The notes: generated by a model not told the origin, from the sequence alone. Shown: positions 1 to 8,609, numbered from the stretch's first letter. The stretch: 61,614 nt of DNA from a virus (IMGVR_UViG_3300021957_006329:1-61614), one strand, 5' to 3'. A program made the numbers and translations.

Positions 1-48
1 CACATCATCTTGACCTGATTGCAGCAACTAGATAACAGATCAAATAAG

Positions 49-77
49 TTGCAGCATTTTGCAACAGACACTATCAT
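49..77 (+). promoter_or_regulatory. sigma70-type early promoter TTGCAG-N17-TATCAT
   Basis: 17-nt spacing; ATG at 84 lies 6 nt after the -10 box; shares cagacactatcata with the promoter at 232-260. Confidence 0.6.
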
Positions 78-83
78 ACAATT

Positions 84-230
84 ATGGACAGAAAGACAGC
101 ATTACAACATTTGATCTGGAGAGAAGACAATTTGAGACTCTTCAAACCAAAACTTTTCAATCGAGCTCGACTGGATCGGCTCAAGAGAGAGCTCGATGAG
201 CTCGGAGGCACGACTCACGACGAACAATAA
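84..230 (+). CDS. small hypothetical early protein (48 aa, MDRKTALQHL...)
   Basis: ATG84-TAA230 read by hand; below the ORF-track cutoff; directly behind a promoter. Confidence 0.6.
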   Translation: MDRKTALQHLIWREDNLRLFKPKLFNRARLDRLKRELDELGGTTHDEQ

Positions 231-231
231 G

Positions 232-260
232 TTGCGCTTCAGAGCAGCAGACACTATCAT
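232..260 (+). promoter_or_regulatory. sigma70-type early promoter TTGCGC-N17-TATCAT
   Basis: 17-nt spacing; ATG at 268. Confidence 0.6.
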
Positions 261-267
261 ATAAACA

Positions 268-423
268 ATGAAGATAAGATCAACAATACGCGCCAAAGGC
301 ACTCAGCCTCATCCACGCAAGAACAAGACACTGCCACGCAAGCACAAGCATCGTGGATGGGCGTACGACCTAGGATTCAGCACAGGCGTTGTGGCCGGCA
401 CGATCAAAAACACAATCAGTTAA
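268..423 (+). CDS. small basic protein (51 aa, MKIRSTIRAKGTQPHPRKNKTLPRKHKHRG...)
   Basis: ATG268-TAA423 read by hand; behind its own promoter. Confidence 0.6.
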   Translation: MKIRSTIRAKGTQPHPRKNKTLPRKHKHRGWAYDLGFSTGVVAGTIKNTIS

Positions 424-436
424 CCAAGGAGAATAT

Positions 437-631
437 ATGTACACAATATTGAGAGGCAAAACCGCAGTGATCGACTGCGACACATTACCAACAGCGATCA
501 GGTTCGTTCAGAGTCTGGAGAGTGGATTGAACAGACACAAGAGTCATTCACCATACACCATCGTCAAGACCAGCAACTTGAGTCCGGACATCAACACCAA
601 TCATTCGCCTCGAATGACAGCAGCAGAATAA
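437..631 (+). CDS. hypothetical protein (64 aa)
   Basis: AGGAG SD motif upstream of ATG437 (start trimmed from track ORF 389). Confidence 0.6.
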   Translation: MYTILRGKTAVIDCDTLPTAIRFVQSLESGLNRHKSHSPYTIVKTSNLSPDINTNHSPRMTAAE

Positions 632-634
632 AAG

Positions 635-663
635 TTGACCATCACAACGATATAGAATACAAT
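635..663 (+). promoter_or_regulatory. sigma70 promoter TTGACC-N17-TACAAT
   Basis: near-consensus hexamers with 17-nt spacer. Confidence 0.65.
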
Positions 664-711
664 ATAAGAATAATCAGGCAATCAAGCCATCAATCAAACA
701 AAAGGAAAGTT

Positions 712-1059
712 ATGAAGAAGTCTCGCAAAACCAAACATTTTTACTCACTCAACAACGCCGCTGGCGCACCAGTCAACATCGACCTGAACAACTACAAAGT
801 GACTTGTGTCAAGACTGGCAAGAGCAAAAGCTTCTATCACAAATACCTGTTCAATCTGATCAGTCGCAAGTACGAAGGCAACATCGATCTGTTCCGCACC
901 ACATATCAGAGCAGAGAAGCGGCTCCTTCTCGCGAGGATCGACGCAAGCAACAACTCCAAGAAAGAATCAACAAACTGTTCGTTCAGATCAGCAACCTCA
1001 AAGGAGAGTTGGCAGAGATCGACAGCGGAGTGCAACACTTTCCTCTGGCCAACAAATAA
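712..1059 (+). CDS. hypothetical protein with CxxTG motif and C-terminal coiled coil; paralog of 13180..13542
   Basis: AAGGA SD motif; manual alignment to the 13180 ORF. Confidence 0.7.
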   Translation: MKKSRKTKHFYSLNNAAGAPVNIDLNNYKVTCVKTGKSKSFYHKYLFNLISRKYEGNIDLFRTTYQSREAAPSREDRRKQQLQERINKLFVQISNLKGELAEIDSGVQHFPLANK

Positions 1060-1082
1060 CTTTCTTCCATAACTGATCCTGT

Positions 1083-1123
1083 GAGGGGCTGGTGAAATCC
1101 AAGTAACCAGCCTCTCCTTTTTT
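1083..1123 (+). terminator. rho-independent terminator
   Basis: gaggggctggt/accagcctctc stem followed by T6. Confidence 0.75.
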
Positions 1124-1170
1124 CACCTTTTATAGTCGACAAAATCATCAACAGTTCATACAATTATATC

Positions 1171-1635
1171 ATGAAGACAATCACATTACTACTCACGGCA
1201 ATCATCATAGGATTGAACGCACATGCTGATGACACATTTGTACCATCACATCGACTAGCAGCTGAGCTCAGGTTTGAAGCCCACAGAGCAGGTGAATCGT
1301 TTGAGGATCACACACCAGCGTTACCATCACTGACAGCTGACACCAGACAATTGTACAAGGATCGTACTCAAGCCAACACCGATCGACGAGTCGGTGCCAT
1401 GCTGGCCAAGTATGAACAACAGTATGTCAAACACACTCAACAAGATCAGACAATTGATCAGACAATCGCTGAACAGATCAATCAACTGCAACAGACAATT
1501 GACGACCAGAACAAATTGGCCCAACAACAACAAGATTCAAATCTGGCTCGAGCTGCCATTGGTGGTGGCGGATTGTTAGCAGGTGCAGCGAGCGCAGGGT
1601 TGTTTTTCAGAAGGCGCAAGCAGCTAGCTAGCTGA
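1171..1635 (+). CDS. secreted/membrane-anchored protein (signal peptide, Q-rich coiled coil, C-terminal TM + RRRK)
   Basis: MKTITLLL...AHA signal peptide; GGGGLLAGAASAGLFFRRRK tail; promoter TCGACA-N17-TACAAT at 1136-1164. Confidence 0.7.
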   Translation: MKTITLLLTAIIIGLNAHADDTFVPSHRLAAELRFEAHRAGESFEDHTPALPSLTADTRQLYKDRTQANTDRRVGAMLAKYEQQYVKHTQQDQTIDQTIAEQINQLQQTIDDQNKLAQQQQDSNLARAAIGGGGLLAGAASAGLFFRRRKQLAS

Positions 1636-1859
1636 CCAACAGCTGAGACACTGACACTGTCTCAGAAGCCCCTCCGCTGAGTCACCGGGTGTGAAACTAT
1701 GTGATAGATGCGGAGGGTTTGGTGTGTTGAAATAAGTGCATGGGAAAATTTTTTGCGCAATTTTTTTTATATTTTGTACATTAGGTTTTGCCTCCCCCAC
1801 GACCTGAGCGGAGCGAATTAATACATTGCATCTCAGAATTTCGTACACTAAATAACCAC

Positions 1860-2213
1860 ATGGAACAGCATGTCGAATACATTGGATACCTCGCAGGATT
1901 GTTGAGTCTGATCACGTGGTTACCACAATTACAGACCGTGTGGATCAGGCGAGATCACCAGACACTCGATCCACGTGGGGCCTGGCCACTCAGCCTGTCA
2001 CTCATCAGCTGGGGTGTGTACGGCACGATCACTCACAACTGGTGGTTGCTCATCGGGTGCATCATCGGATTGACCATGACTCTCAGCATGATCTATCGGA
2101 TTCGAACACTCAGAAAACAGCATGCCGACAGAAACGACCCATTGTCCGCTCACGCCGGCTACAAACTCACACATGTGGAACGTCGACGTGGCTGGAGCCA
2201 ACCGGACTGGTGA
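1860..2213 (+). CDS. SemiSWEET / PQ-loop family transporter
   Basis: IGYLAGLLSLITWLPQL motif and three TM helices with WGVYG; ATG1860 follows a CTAAATA box. Confidence 0.7.
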   Translation: MEQHVEYIGYLAGLLSLITWLPQLQTVWIRRDHQTLDPRGAWPLSLSLISWGVYGTITHNWWLLIGCIIGLTMTLSMIYRIRTLRKQHADRNDPLSAHAGYKLTHVERRRGWSQPDW

Positions 2214-2285
2214 AACACCATGACAGGCGGCAGGCTTGTGTTGCTACGCAACGTTACCGACGACCGGTGACCAATGAGAGTATAA

Positions 2286-3047
2286 ATGAAAATTGCACAT
2301 ATCATCAATGTATTTGAAATACACGAAAAACACAAGGCAAATTATTTGCACATAGCACAACCTGTCACAATTCAAAGCATGATAGATGCTAGAAATAATT
2401 CAAACGAGGGGCTTGGGGTGGATTTGTATGCAGTAACGGATAGGAATGAAACGGTGGATATGCCCGACGAGTTTACCATGACGAAGGATTTGCAGAGGTG
2501 TTGTTATGATGTTATTGACACTTTACCGAAAACGAAGTCGTTTCCACTTATTGGTGATATTTTGGAAAGTTTATATCATGCGTCTGATGCAGATTATTTT
2601 ATTTATACAAACACTGACATTGGGTTGTTTCCAAATTTTTACGATTTCGTTGAAGAAAAAATAAATGAAGGATTCGATGCTCTTTGTATCAATCGTAGAG
2701 ATATGCCAAAGAAAGTGACTGGTGAAATAATTGATGAACATAATTTTCAAAAAGTATTTGATTTGAAGGGTATATTTCATCCTGGGAAAGATTGTTTTGT
2801 TTTTAAGAGAAGTTTGGTTAGTCGGATGAAATTGGGAAATGTGTTTCTCGGGGCCCCTCCGGTGGGTGGTTTCTTGTTAGACAATATTAAAAGAAATGCG
2901 ACTAATTTTACTTTGATCAACGGCACGAGTATCGCGGTTCCACGACTGGTTACATTTCATCTTGGTCGCGACCGCGATTGGAAGAGGCGGAAGAATGAAT
3001 ATTGGGTGGAAAACAGGCGACAAGCAAAGCTTTGCGGCTTTGGATGA
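2286..3047 (+). CDS. GT-A-like glycosyltransferase-related protein
   Basis: YFIYTNTDI, GKDCFVF and FHLG motifs. Confidence 0.55.
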   Translation: MKIAHIINVFEIHEKHKANYLHIAQPVTIQSMIDARNNSNEGLGVDLYAVTDRNETVDMPDEFTMTKDLQRCCYDVIDTLPKTKSFPLIGDILESLYHASDADYFIYTNTDIGLFPNFYDFVEEKINEGFDALCINRRDMPKKVTGEIIDEHNFQKVFDLKGIFHPGKDCFVFKRSLVSRMKLGNVFLGAPPVGGFLLDNIKRNATNFTLINGTSIAVPRLVTFHLGRDRDWKRRKNEYWVENRRQAKLCGFG

Positions 3048-3110
3048 AATGAAAATCACTTTAGGGGATACTACGGGTAGAAAAAAGAATTAATTTATAA
3101 ATATTATTAA

Positions 3111-3764
3111 ATGATCAACCATGAACATAAATTTATTTTCATACATGTACCACGGACAAGTGGTAGCAGTATTGAACTGCAGTTCGGTTACAACGATTTA
3201 GACCCCAGGAGGTCCGCGGCACGCGGCTGCAAACATGCCGGGAACTTACACCAGAAACATTGGACGTTGAAACAATGGAAGCAACATCTGGATGCATCTA
3301 CATTTGAGGGATATTTCAAGTTCACAATTGTTAGAAACCCATGGGATCGTATGATAAGCAAATATTGTGCCCCTGGTGATTTCGGTCCAATTGGATTACT
3401 CGCAGGTAAATCGCTGAAATATTTTCTAAACAGATATCATCATCTATCAAATCTGAATAATATAGGTCGATGTAACAGGTGGTTGAACTGGGAACATGGA
3501 GAGACTCTAGTCGATTATTTTGACCCGGAGCAGATGGACTATGTTGGTCGATTTGAAACTCGGGAAGAAAGCTTGGATTATATATCACAAAAAATAAATT
3601 TTCCACTGGACCGTAATGTTCAATTCCGGGAATGTCAAGCTAATATCAAACGTAAGAATGTGGGTCATCACTACACCAAATACTACGATGATGAGACTCG
3701 TGAAATAGTTGCACGACGTTACGCACAGGACATCGAGTTGTTCGGGTACGAATTTGGTAAATAA
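3111..3764 (+). CDS. sulfotransferase family 2 protein (array copy 1)
   Basis: FIFIHVPRTSGSS (5'-PSB) and FTIVRNPWDRMIS (3'-PB); C-terminal Y..DIELFGY. Confidence 0.9.
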   Translation: MINHEHKFIFIHVPRTSGSSIELQFGYNDLDPRRSAARGCKHAGNLHQKHWTLKQWKQHLDASTFEGYFKFTIVRNPWDRMISKYCAPGDFGPIGLLAGKSLKYFLNRYHHLSNLNNIGRCNRWLNWEHGETLVDYFDPEQMDYVGRFETREESLDYISQKINFPLDRNVQFRECQANIKRKNVGHHYTKYYDDETREIVARRYAQDIELFGYEFGK

Positions 3765-3769
3765 CTAAC

Positions 3770-4399
3770 ATGAGATGTTCATTCAAACATAAATTTATAT
3801 TTATACATGTACCGAAAACCGCTGGTTCGAGTATCGATACACGGTTGAATGGTTTTAATGATTTAAAATCACTATACAAACACGAAGGTATTCCATTCGT
3901 CAAAAATGTTACAATGAGCCGGGAATATATACAAACTATACCTGCTCACATTAGTTCTCGCGAGTTGAAAGCGGTGCTAGGGCAAAAGTATGACAACTAT
4001 TTTAAATTTGCGTTTGTGAGGGACCCATGGGATTGGAAGCTATCGACATACAAATATATACTCAAAAACCGGAAACATCCGGCACATGAAACATATAAAA
4101 AATTCAAAAGCTTCCATAACTATATAATCGCAACACCACACCGACCACGACAACAGTCTGATTACATATACTCTACAGATGACAAACCACTGGTTGATTA
4201 TGTAGGTCGATTCGAACAGCTGCAAAAAGACTTCACCGATATTTGTAAAATTATTGGTTTACATAATAGTAAACTTCCACACAAAAACAAAACAAACCAT
4301 AAACACTACACCGAATATTACAATGATGAAACAAAACAAATTGTTACGGAACGATACGCACGTGACATCGAGTTGTTCGGGTACGAATTTGGTAAATAG
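3770..4399 (+). CDS. sulfotransferase family 2 protein (array copy 2)
   Basis: HVPKTAGSS; FAFVRDPWDW. Confidence 0.9.
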   Translation: MRCSFKHKFIFIHVPKTAGSSIDTRLNGFNDLKSLYKHEGIPFVKNVTMSREYIQTIPAHISSRELKAVLGQKYDNYFKFAFVRDPWDWKLSTYKYILKNRKHPAHETYKKFKSFHNYIIATPHRPRQQSDYIYSTDDKPLVDYVGRFEQLQKDFTDICKIIGLHNSKLPHKNKTNHKHYTEYYNDETKQIVTERYARDIELFGYEFGK

Positions 4400-4424
4400 T
4401 GTTCACTATATAACCAAAATAATG

Positions 4425-4432
4425 TATAAATA
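4425..4432 (+). promoter_or_regulatory. T4-type late promoter TATAAATA (duplicated at 5114-5121; also 3096, 8597, 10081 on +; 13130, 18817, 53881, 58783, 61458 on -)
   Basis: exact T4 late consensus immediately upstream of start codons. Confidence 0.8.
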
Positions 4433-4437
4433 CTAAC

Positions 4438-5088
4438 ATGATCTTTTCGCAAAAGCATAAGTATATTTTTGTACATATACCAAAAACCGCCGGTACCAGT
4501 GTCAGTCGACTATTACGACCATCAGCTACACAGGGTAATCAATTTGATATCAATTATTTGAAGTTATTGTGTAAACATGAAGGTGTTTCGTATGTTAGAC
4601 CGACCAATTCGGTTTTTATAAAAACAGGACCTAATCATATATCTGCTGGGGAGTTGAAAGCGGTGCTAGGGCAAAAGTATGACAACTATTTTAAATTTGC
4701 GTTTGTGAGGGACCCATGGGATTGGAAGCTCTCAAATTATAAATATGTACTCAAATGTCATGGTCATAGAGCACATAAACTTTATGCATCATATAAGAAT
4801 TTTCGTAACTATATAATCGCAACACCACACCGACCACGACAACAGTCTGATTACATATACTCTACAGATGACAAACCACTGGTTGATTATGTAGGTCGAT
4901 TCGAACAGCTGCAAAAAGACTTCGATACAGTCTGCGACGAAATAGGTATACCACAACAACAACTCCCGCACAAAAATGCTACAAAACACAAACACTACAC
5001 CGAATTTTATGATGAAGAAACACGAGAAATTGTTGCGGAACAGTACGCACGTGACATCGAGTTGTTCGGGTACGAATTTGGTAAATAG
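4438..5088 (+). CDS. sulfotransferase family 2 protein (array copy 3)
   Basis: HIPKTAGTS; FAFVRDPWDW. Confidence 0.9.
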   Translation: MIFSQKHKYIFVHIPKTAGTSVSRLLRPSATQGNQFDINYLKLLCKHEGVSYVRPTNSVFIKTGPNHISAGELKAVLGQKYDNYFKFAFVRDPWDWKLSNYKYVLKCHGHRAHKLYASYKNFRNYIIATPHRPRQQSDYIYSTDDKPLVDYVGRFEQLQKDFDTVCDEIGIPQQQLPHKNATKHKHYTEFYDEETREIVAEQYARDIELFGYEFGK

Positions 5089-5126
5089 TGTTCACTATAT
5101 AACCAAAATAATGTATAAATACTAAC

Positions 5127-5759
5127 ATGATAATATCACATAAACATAAGTATATTTTTGTAAAAACAGCAAAAGTTGCAGGGACATCAGTTGAAATTTT
5201 TTTCCAGCAAATGTCATTTGAAGGCGCACCTCAACATAGTTGTGCGATGATAGACAATGAGGATGGTATAGTAGGTTCTCGTGGTGATCTTTTCTCTCAA
5301 GGACTCAAAGGAGTTGAATGGAAGAATCATCATACATTACCTAGAATTAAAAAATTACTCGGTAATGATAAAATGTTTAATGAGTATTTTAAATTTAGCG
5401 TCACAAGAAATCCATGGGATCGTGTTGTTTCTAAATTGCATCATAAAAAATCTCTTGCTACATACGGTACGAATCCGTTGGCCGCGGGTGGACCGAAACC
5501 AATAGTAGATTATTTTGGAGATTTTATAGACGATGTACACTTTATAAGGTTTGAAAATTTACAGGAAGATGTTGAATATGTTTGTGAGAAACTAGGTCTT
5601 GATTATGACATGAATAATCTTGGTACATACAAAAGCGATCACCGGGAACATGCGAGACACAAACACTACACCGAATACTACGATGATGAAACTCGTGACA
5701 TTGTTGCAAAAAAATATGCAAAAGATATTGAGTATTTCGGTTATAAATTTAGAGAATGA
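5127..5759 (+). CDS. sulfotransferase family 2 protein (array copy 4)
   Basis: KTAKVAGTS; VTRNPWDRVVS. Confidence 0.88.
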   Translation: MIISHKHKYIFVKTAKVAGTSVEIFFQQMSFEGAPQHSCAMIDNEDGIVGSRGDLFSQGLKGVEWKNHHTLPRIKKLLGNDKMFNEYFKFSVTRNPWDRVVSKLHHKKSLATYGTNPLAAGGPKPIVDYFGDFIDDVHFIRFENLQEDVEYVCEKLGLDYDMNNLGTYKSDHREHARHKHYTEYYDDETRDIVAKKYAKDIEYFGYKFRE

Positions 5760-5762
5760 GAA

Positions 5763-6365
5763 ATGATTAGTCATAAGCATAAATGTATTTTCCTACATAT
5801 CCCTAGATGTGGAGGTACTTCAATTGAAATAACTTTATGTGGGAAAAATTGGTTTAATGTAGATAGAACAACAAAACATCTTATCGGTTCAACTGCAAAA
5901 AAAATATACGAACCTTACTGGGATGATTATTTTAAATTTTCTTTTGTAAGAAATCCGTGGGCCAGAACAACCTCTCTTGGAAAATATTCCAGATTTTTTG
6001 GAGTTTCATTACAAAAAGGTAAGATTAATTTTGGAAGATATTTTGACAAATTTTACCCATTAGAAATAGATCACAGAAGTAAAAGCCATGAGGATTCATT
6101 TGACCCCATTGAAAATGCAATTTACCTTAATATTCTTAATGTGAAACTTGACTTTATTGGAAAATTTGAAAATTTACAACAAGACTTTAACATTGTTTGT
6201 GATCAAATAGGTATCTCTCATCAAAAGCTTGTTCATGCTGAAAAATCTACCGATAAAAATTACAATAAACACTACACCGAATATTACGACGATGAAACTC
6301 GGCAAATCGTTGCGGAAAAATACGCAAAAGATATTGAGCATTTCGGTTACAAATTTGGAGAATAA
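5763..6365 (+). CDS. sulfotransferase family 2 protein (array copy 5)
   Basis: HIPRCGGTS; FVRNPWAR. Confidence 0.88.
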   Translation: MISHKHKCIFLHIPRCGGTSIEITLCGKNWFNVDRTTKHLIGSTAKKIYEPYWDDYFKFSFVRNPWARTTSLGKYSRFFGVSLQKGKINFGRYFDKFYPLEIDHRSKSHEDSFDPIENAIYLNILNVKLDFIGKFENLQQDFNIVCDQIGISHQKLVHAEKSTDKNYNKHYTEYYDDETRQIVAEKYAKDIEHFGYKFGE

Positions 6366-6370
6366 GATAA

Positions 6371-6934
6371 ATTAAAATCACTTTATTAGGTAATTGCCAA
6401 ACTATGGCATTGACATTTTATTTGCAGCAATTAAATAAAGATTTTGATGTTCAATGGATTCAATTGCATGGCGAATTAGGAAAGAAAATAGCATCAGAAG
6501 CAAATCACTGGGGCAAAAAGATAACGAAAATAAGTTCTATAGAAACTGGCATAGACAGGTTACAACAGTCAGATTATGTAATATTTCAACATTTAAGACT
6601 CAACACTAGCCCTCATTACAATTTAAAACAACTCAAAAAACATGTCACCAGAGGAAAATTAATTTCTATAAGTTCATTTTTTTACGATCCCAATGACCCA
6701 GACCAAAAATACCTCAAGAGTATGATAAGAAAAGCCGAAAGATTGAATATAGATATTCCTGCTCATAAAATCATAGAAAAACATGGTTCTAAAATTAAAA
6801 TTCAGAAAATAAACCACCCGCAGGTTTTTTATTTTCTAGAACTTGTGCGTGAAATTTGTGCAAAAACAGGCTGGAATTATTATTCCGACGAACAATACAA
6901 TCAATATTTAAAAGAAGGATATCCTTTTGGTTAA
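6371..6934 (+). CDS. WcbI-like polysaccharide biosynthesis protein (short form; start uncertain)
   Basis: in-frame IKITLLGNCQ upstream of ATG6404 and INHP motif, both shared with the 42773..43687 protein. Confidence 0.55.
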   Translation: MKITLLGNCQTMALTFYLQQLNKDFDVQWIQLHGELGKKIASEANHWGKKITKISSIETGIDRLQQSDYVIFQHLRLNTSPHYNLKQLKKHVTRGKLISISSFFYDPNDPDQKYLKSMIRKAERLNIDIPAHKIIEKHGSKIKIQKINHPQVFYFLELVREICAKTGWNYYSDEQYNQYLKEGYPFG

Positions 6935-6948
6935 CTATATATATTAGC

Positions 6949-7605
6949 ATGAGCATAAATTTATACACGTCCTATTATATTGATCAGGTTTCGATACGAC
7001 AACAAGAAATTGAATTGTGTATAAAGAAAAACTTGAATAACGATGCAGTTGATAAAATTTACATACTTGCTGAACCTGGTTCATGGGATATGAGGGATGG
7101 TAATCATGCGATATGTGATTCGAAATTAACTATCATCACACATGATCAACCCACATACAGTCACTTTTTTGAAATAAGCAACTCTCTGACCGGGGAGGAT
7201 GATATCAATATAGTCGTGAATAGTGACATTTACCTAGGGGATAACATACAGGATATATCATCTTTAGTTGACCATGATACTGTCGCATGTATATCCAGGT
7301 GGGAAAGTGAAGATGAGTTACAGGACCGGCCCCGCGGGGATAGCCAAGACACATGGGCATGGCGAGGTCGGATTAAAACCCCAGATAGTTGTAACTTTAA
7401 TCTAGGTGTCCCGGGATGCGACAACCGGATTGCATGGGAGTTAGCCAATGTAGGTTATCAATTGATAAATCCATGTCAAACGGTTAAAACATTTCATGTA
7501 CATGATTCAAAGATCCGGAACTATAGTGTTGCTAAAGCAATATCCCCTCCGCACCTATTTGTACCATATGGTAAGATTACACAATTGCCCGGGGAGGGTG
7601 AATAG
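6949..7605 (+). CDS. GT-A-like protein
   Basis: NSDIY, ISRWE, SQDTW, GCDNRI and NPC..VKTFHVH motifs; paralogous to the C-terminal part of 40976..41845. Confidence 0.65.
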   Translation: MSINLYTSYYIDQVSIRQQEIELCIKKNLNNDAVDKIYILAEPGSWDMRDGNHAICDSKLTIITHDQPTYSHFFEISNSLTGEDDINIVVNSDIYLGDNIQDISSLVDHDTVACISRWESEDELQDRPRGDSQDTWAWRGRIKTPDSCNFNLGVPGCDNRIAWELANVGYQLINPCQTVKTFHVHDSKIRNYSVAKAISPPHLFVPYGKITQLPGEGE

Positions 7606-7626
7606 AATAATTTAAAATTTAGTATT

Positions 7627-8559
7627 ATGAAAAATATATTGGTAACGGGTGGGCTAGGTTTTATTGGAAGTAATTTCATAAAACATATATTCAACAAGTA
7701 TGACTATCATATTCACAATGTTGATCTTAAAACATATGCTGCGAGCTATGATAATATAAATGAAGAGATCAAGAAATCTGGAAGATACACACTGTCTATT
7801 TGTGATATCAATGACACAAATCGTGTTCGAAACTTAATCCATAAAAATAATATAAATTACATTGTTAATTTTGCGGCTGAAAGCCATGTAGATAACAGCA
7901 TAAACAATTCGACTCCATTCATTCACACCAACATCAACGGCACACACTCATTATTAACATTGCTACATGATTGTCCAAGTGTCGAGAGATACCTTCAAGT
8001 GTCCACAGACGAAGTGTACGGGAGTTTAAGCGAAGAAGATGAGGCTTTTACCGAAAACAATCCATTGCAAGCAAATAGTCCTTATTCTGCAAGTAAGGCT
8101 AGCGCAGATTTATTGTGTCGCAGTTTTTATGAGACTTTCAATTGTCCTATTTTAATTACTCGCTGTTCCAACAATTATGGTCCAAATCAACACGAAGAGA
8201 AATTGATTCCATTGATGATAAAAAATGTCAAGTCCGGTAAAAAACTTCCGGTTTATGGTGATGGGAGAAACATTCGCGACTGGATTCATGTCTCAGATCA
8301 TTGCTCTGGTATCGATGCAGTTTTACATGGAGGTAAAATTGGTGAAGTTTACAATATTGGGGGTAAGAATGAAGTCCGGAACATTGATATTGTCAAAACA
8401 ATTCTCGAACTACTAGGTAAAAATGAAGATCAAATTGAATTTGTGAAAGATCGATTGGGTCATGATTGGCGTTATGCAATTGATAATGGTAAAATTCAAA
8501 ATGAATTGAATTGGTTCCCTAGTGTATCCTTTAAGGATGGATTGAAAGAATTAATATGA
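7627..8559 (+). CDS. rmlB: dTDP-glucose 4,6-dehydratase
   Basis: GGLGFIG, AAESHVDNS, STDEVYG, PYSASKA, RDWIHV, DRLGHD.RY. Confidence 0.95.
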   Translation: MKNILVTGGLGFIGSNFIKHIFNKYDYHIHNVDLKTYAASYDNINEEIKKSGRYTLSICDINDTNRVRNLIHKNNINYIVNFAAESHVDNSINNSTPFIHTNINGTHSLLTLLHDCPSVERYLQVSTDEVYGSLSEEDEAFTENNPLQANSPYSASKASADLLCRSFYETFNCPILITRCSNNYGPNQHEEKLIPLMIKNVKSGKKLPVYGDGRNIRDWIHVSDHCSGIDAVLHGGKIGEVYNIGGKNEVRNIDIVKTILELLGKNEDQIEFVKDRLGHDWRYAIDNGKIQNELNWFPSVSFKDGLKELI

Positions 8560-8609
8560 ATATTGAAATAAGATGTTTCAAACTGCATATATAGGTTATA
8601 AATAGACGT

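Larger units (their letters stand above)
3962..5131. repeat. three perfectly identical blocks at constant 689-bp offset: 3962-4041=4651-4730, 4117-4234=4806-4923, 4355-4442=5044-5131
   Basis: direct base-by-base comparison. Confidence 0.9.

Noticed and set aside
1670-1717. Canonical hammerhead ribozyme
   Set aside because: The core reads CUGAGUC rather than CUGANGA, and stem III is not followed by the required U-H; kept only as a generic structured element
4042-4805. Diversity-generating retroelement (TR/VR pair) in the sulfotransferase repeats
   Set aside because: Mismatches between 4042-4116 and 4731-4805 involve C, G and T as well as A, and no reverse transcriptase is in the window
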